Positions 60,371-64,000 of a stretch of DNA of 64,000 nt are shown piece after piece. Positions within the stretch are counted from its first letter, which is position 1; the number at the start of each line of letters is the position of its first letter. Source of the stretch: Octopus vulgaris (lineage: Eukaryota). The stretch lies in the NCBI GenBank assembly GCA_951406725.2, contig OX597815.1:58156001-58220000 (forward strand). The letters run 5' to 3'. The position numbers were made by a program, and so were the translations under genes. The notes under the pieces are model-generated. The model ran no database searches, had not been told where the DNA came from, and saw only the letters and a program-made list of their open reading frames with translations.

Positions 60371-62400
60371 ACAATCAAGGAACGGCTATAATAGGCCATT
60401 CACCCACTAGAAATAACAGCCAAAAGCTTTAACCGCAAAATAACATTAATTCCGTAAACCAGGAGAAAATTGAAAAACATTTACCCTGTAATTTCTTAGA
60501 CGATGCACCGTTTCATCTACCGTTTAATGGTAAACTAACCTGATTAAATTAAATCAAGCCAATCCACCATAGGCCCTTAGACTCATCAGTAAGAAATAGC
60601 CAAGTCGGAACAGATATTTTTCACGAGGCATTCCTCTTGCTACCTCGGCAATATCTGACCTAAAATTTTCAAATCGTCGCACTCGCGCCAAATTTATCGG
60701 CAGCAAATAAATATAAGCCACTGATTCCATTACGGAACTAACCAGAAAATTCATAATTAATCAATATAGGGTGGCAAAAAAATTTTGTAGAATTCTTTTG
60801 CCACCAACGGCCTAGTGGGAAAAAATTAAATAGTCATAAACCATTTTTAAGTTCAACATCAACAATCAAGGAACGGCCATAATAGGCCATTCACCCACTA
60901 GAAATAACAGCCTATATTGATTAATTATGAATTTTCTGGTTAGTTCCGTAATGGAATCAGTGGCTTATATTTATTTGCTGCCGATAAATTTGGCGCGAGT
61001 TCGACGATTTGAAAATTTTAGGTCAGATATTGCCGAGGTAGCAAGAGGAATGCCTCGTGAAAAATATCTGTTCCGACTTGGCTATTTCTTACTGATGAGT
61101 CTAAGGGCCTATGGTGGATTGGCTTGATTTAATTTAATCAGGTTAGTTTACCATTAAACGGTAGATGAAACGGTGCATCGTCTAAGAAATTACAGGGTAA
61201 ATGTTTTTCAATTTTCTCCTGGTTTACGGAATTAATGTTATTTTGCGGTTAAAGCTTTTGGCTGTTATTTCTAGTGGGTGAATGGCCTATTATGGCCGTT
61301 CCTTGATTGTTGATGTTGAACTTAAAAATGGTTTATGACTATTTAATTTTTTCCCACTAGGCCGTTGGTGGCAAAAGAATTCTACAAAATTTTTTTGCCA
61401 CCCTATATTGATTAATTATGAATTTTCTGGTTAGTTCCGTAATGGAATCAGTGGCTTATATTTATTTGCTGCCGATAAATTTGGCGCGAGTGCGACGATT
61501 TGAAAATTTTAGGTCAGATATTGCCGAGGTAGCAAGAGGAATGCCTCGTGAAAAATATCTGTTCCGACTTGGCTATTTCTTACTGATGAGTCTAAGGGCC
61601 TATGGTGGATTGGCTTGATTTAATTTAATCAGGTTAGTTTACCATTAAACGGTAGATGAAACGGTGCATCGTCTAAGAAATTACAGGGTAAATGTTTTTC
61701 AATTTTCTCCTGGTTTACGGAATTAATGTTATTTTGCGGTTAAAGCTTTTGGCTGTTATTTCTAGTGGGTGAATGGCCTATTATGGCCGTTCCTTGATTG
61801 TTGATGTTGAACTTAAAAATGGTTTATGACTATTTAATTTTTTCCCACTAGGCCGTTGGTGGCAAAAGAATTCTACAAAATTTTTTTGCCACCCTATATT
61901 GATTAATTATGAATTTTCTGGTTAGTTCCGTAATGGAATCAGTGGCTTATATTTATTTGCTGCCGATAAATTTGGCGCGAGTTCGACGATTTGAAAATTT
62001 TAGGTCAGATATTGCCGAGGTAGCAAGAGGAATGCCTCGTGAAAAATATCTGTTCCGACTTGGCTATTTCTTACTGATGAGTCTAAGGGCCTATGGTGGA
62101 TTGGCTTGATTTAATTTAATCAGGTTAGTTTACCATTAAACGGTAGATGAAACGGTGCATCGTCTAAGAAATTACAGGGTAAATGTTTTTCAATTTTCTC
62201 CTGGTTTACGGAATTAATGTTATTTTGCGGTTAAAGCTTTTGGCTGTTATTTCTAGTGGGTGAATGGCCTATTATGGCCGTTCCTTGATTGTTGATGTTG
62301 AACTTAAAAATGGTTTATGACTATTTAATTTTTTCCCACTAGGCCGTTGGTGGCAAAAGAATTCTACAAAATTTTTTTGCCACCCTATATTGATTAATTA
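60367..62400. mobile_element. 491-bp tandem repeat, one hammerhead per unit (retrozyme-like): ~1.1 units minus (60367-60910), then ~3.0 units plus (60911-62400)
   Basis: Identical ORFs at 60927, 61418 and 61909 (491-bp period); near-identical units; TA-flanked. Confidence 0.92.
61084..61190 (+). ncRNA. Type I hammerhead ribozyme (copies 61575-61681 +, 62066-62172 +, 60491-60597 -)
   Basis: ATTTCTTA-CTGATGA-GTCTA...TAGAT-GAAA-CGGTGCATCG-TC-TAAGAAAT: 8-bp stem I, canonical core, palindromic stem III, GUC cleavage after 61182. Confidence 0.9.
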
Positions 62401-62620
62401 TGTATATATATATATATATATATACGTATATATATATGTATATATATATATGTATATATATATATGTATATATATATGTATATATATATATATGTATATA
62501 TATATATGTATATATATATGTATATATATATATATGTATATATATATATGTATATATATATATGTATATATATATGTGTATATATATATGTGTATATATA
62601 TATGTATATATTTATATATG

Positions 62621-62655
<35 letters not shown>

Positions 62656-62712
62656 GTATATATATATGTATATATATATATATGTATATATATATATACG
62701 TATATATATATG

Positions 62713-62816
<104 letters not shown>

Positions 62817-62853
62817 GTATGTATATATATATATGTATGTATATATATATATG

Positions 62854-62910
<57 letters not shown>

Positions 62911-62943
62911 GTCTATATATATATATATGTGTATATATATATA

Positions 62944-63008
<65 letters not shown>

Positions 63009-63021
63009 GTATATATATATG

Positions 63022-63082
<61 letters not shown>

Positions 63083-63111
63083 CTATATATATATGTATCT
63101 ATATATATATG

Positions 63112-63164
<53 letters not shown>

Positions 63165-63185
63165 GTATATATATATATATGTATA

Positions 63186-63990
63186 TGATTTTGATGATTT
63201 TGATTTTTCCAGTTTCAGCTAATGAGCTGTGGCCATGCTGGGGTACCGCCATTTGGTTTGCTACACGGTTTTACCTCACGGATGCTTTTTAGCAAACGCC
63301 ATCTGATGCATGAGAGAGTTCCAGTGTATTCATTGGGTATTGCATTCAGTTTTGCATGCTGATAGTATAAAGCTTGAAACTTTTCAGCATTGAACTGCAT
63401 GCTATTCTTTTCAGCCCACTTGTATATTTCGTCCAGCTCACATTGCAGGTGCTTAGTGTCTTCAGGGTTCTGTATTGCCTGTGAAACTTTTGTATCATCT
63501 GCATAACTTGTGATCGTGGCTCTGTGCCTGCCTGAGGGCATGTCTAAGAGGGCCATTATGAACAGTAGTGGTCCCAAAACAGTGCCCTGCGGAACACCGC
63601 TCACTATTTGCGTGCTGATGGAGGTGGCCCCATTGACTGCTACCAACTGACTTCTATTCTTCAGAAAGTCATGAAGCCATTCTCGTAGTTTTCCAACTAT
63701 GCCAAGATCACGCAGTTTGTGACATATTATTCCATGATCGACTTTATCGAAGGCCTTTGCGAAGTTGAGATATATGACTTCCACATTAGAGTGGTTGAGC
63801 AGTTGTTTCAGCACCCAGTCATAGTGCTGCAGGGGCTGAGTTAAGCAGCTTCTTCCTGGTTGGAAACCATGTTGGGTGTGAGGCAGCAAGTCATTTTCTT
63901 CAAGGAAGGTGATTAGTTTCCTTCTGACTATTTGTTCCATGACCTTGCTGATGTGTGACCTTGCATATATATATATGACCTTGCATATAT
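63186..63990 (-). mobile_element. Family-A LINE fragment with ~670-bp internal deletion near 63320
   Basis: ORF 63215-63940; GAGAGAGTT joins CCAGTGTATTC, whereas ~3540 and ~4223 are separate in the long copy. Confidence 0.9.
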
Positions 63991-64000
63991 ATATATGTAT

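Noticed and set aside
60927-61127. Repeated 66-aa ORF MNFLVSS... in the 491-bp unit
   Set aside because: Identity simply reflects the DNA repeat; it overlaps the ribozyme core and has no recognisable domain (translation from a circular RNA is not formally excluded)

Overview
AT-rich eukaryotic genomic DNA made almost entirely of transposable elements embedded in long (TA)n/(TATG)n microsatellites, with one 100-N gap. The SINE/LINE sequences look cephalopod (Octopus-like); that is inference. No host protein-coding gene is evident, and most listed ORFs are microsatellite or antisense artefacts. Contents: about ten fragments of two CR1/L2-group LINE families, two long RTE LINEs plus 3' tips, a decayed Tx1/L1-group LINE, a tRNA-type SINE sharing its 3' tail with the LINEs, two non-autonomous Helitrons (one with its empty site visible), and two Penelope-like elements (PLEs; Neptune-like at 29.7-34.7 kb, Nematis-like at 51.0-56.1 kb). 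The most notable signal is a set of (TA)n-inserted non-coding elements carrying type-I hammerhead ribozyme motifs, including 491-bp and 503-bp tandem units that look like retrozymes. These share an asymmetric inverted-repeat insertion geometry and a conserved 3'-terminal hairpin ending in ACCCT, which suggests several non-autonomous RNA families mobilised by one PLE machinery.
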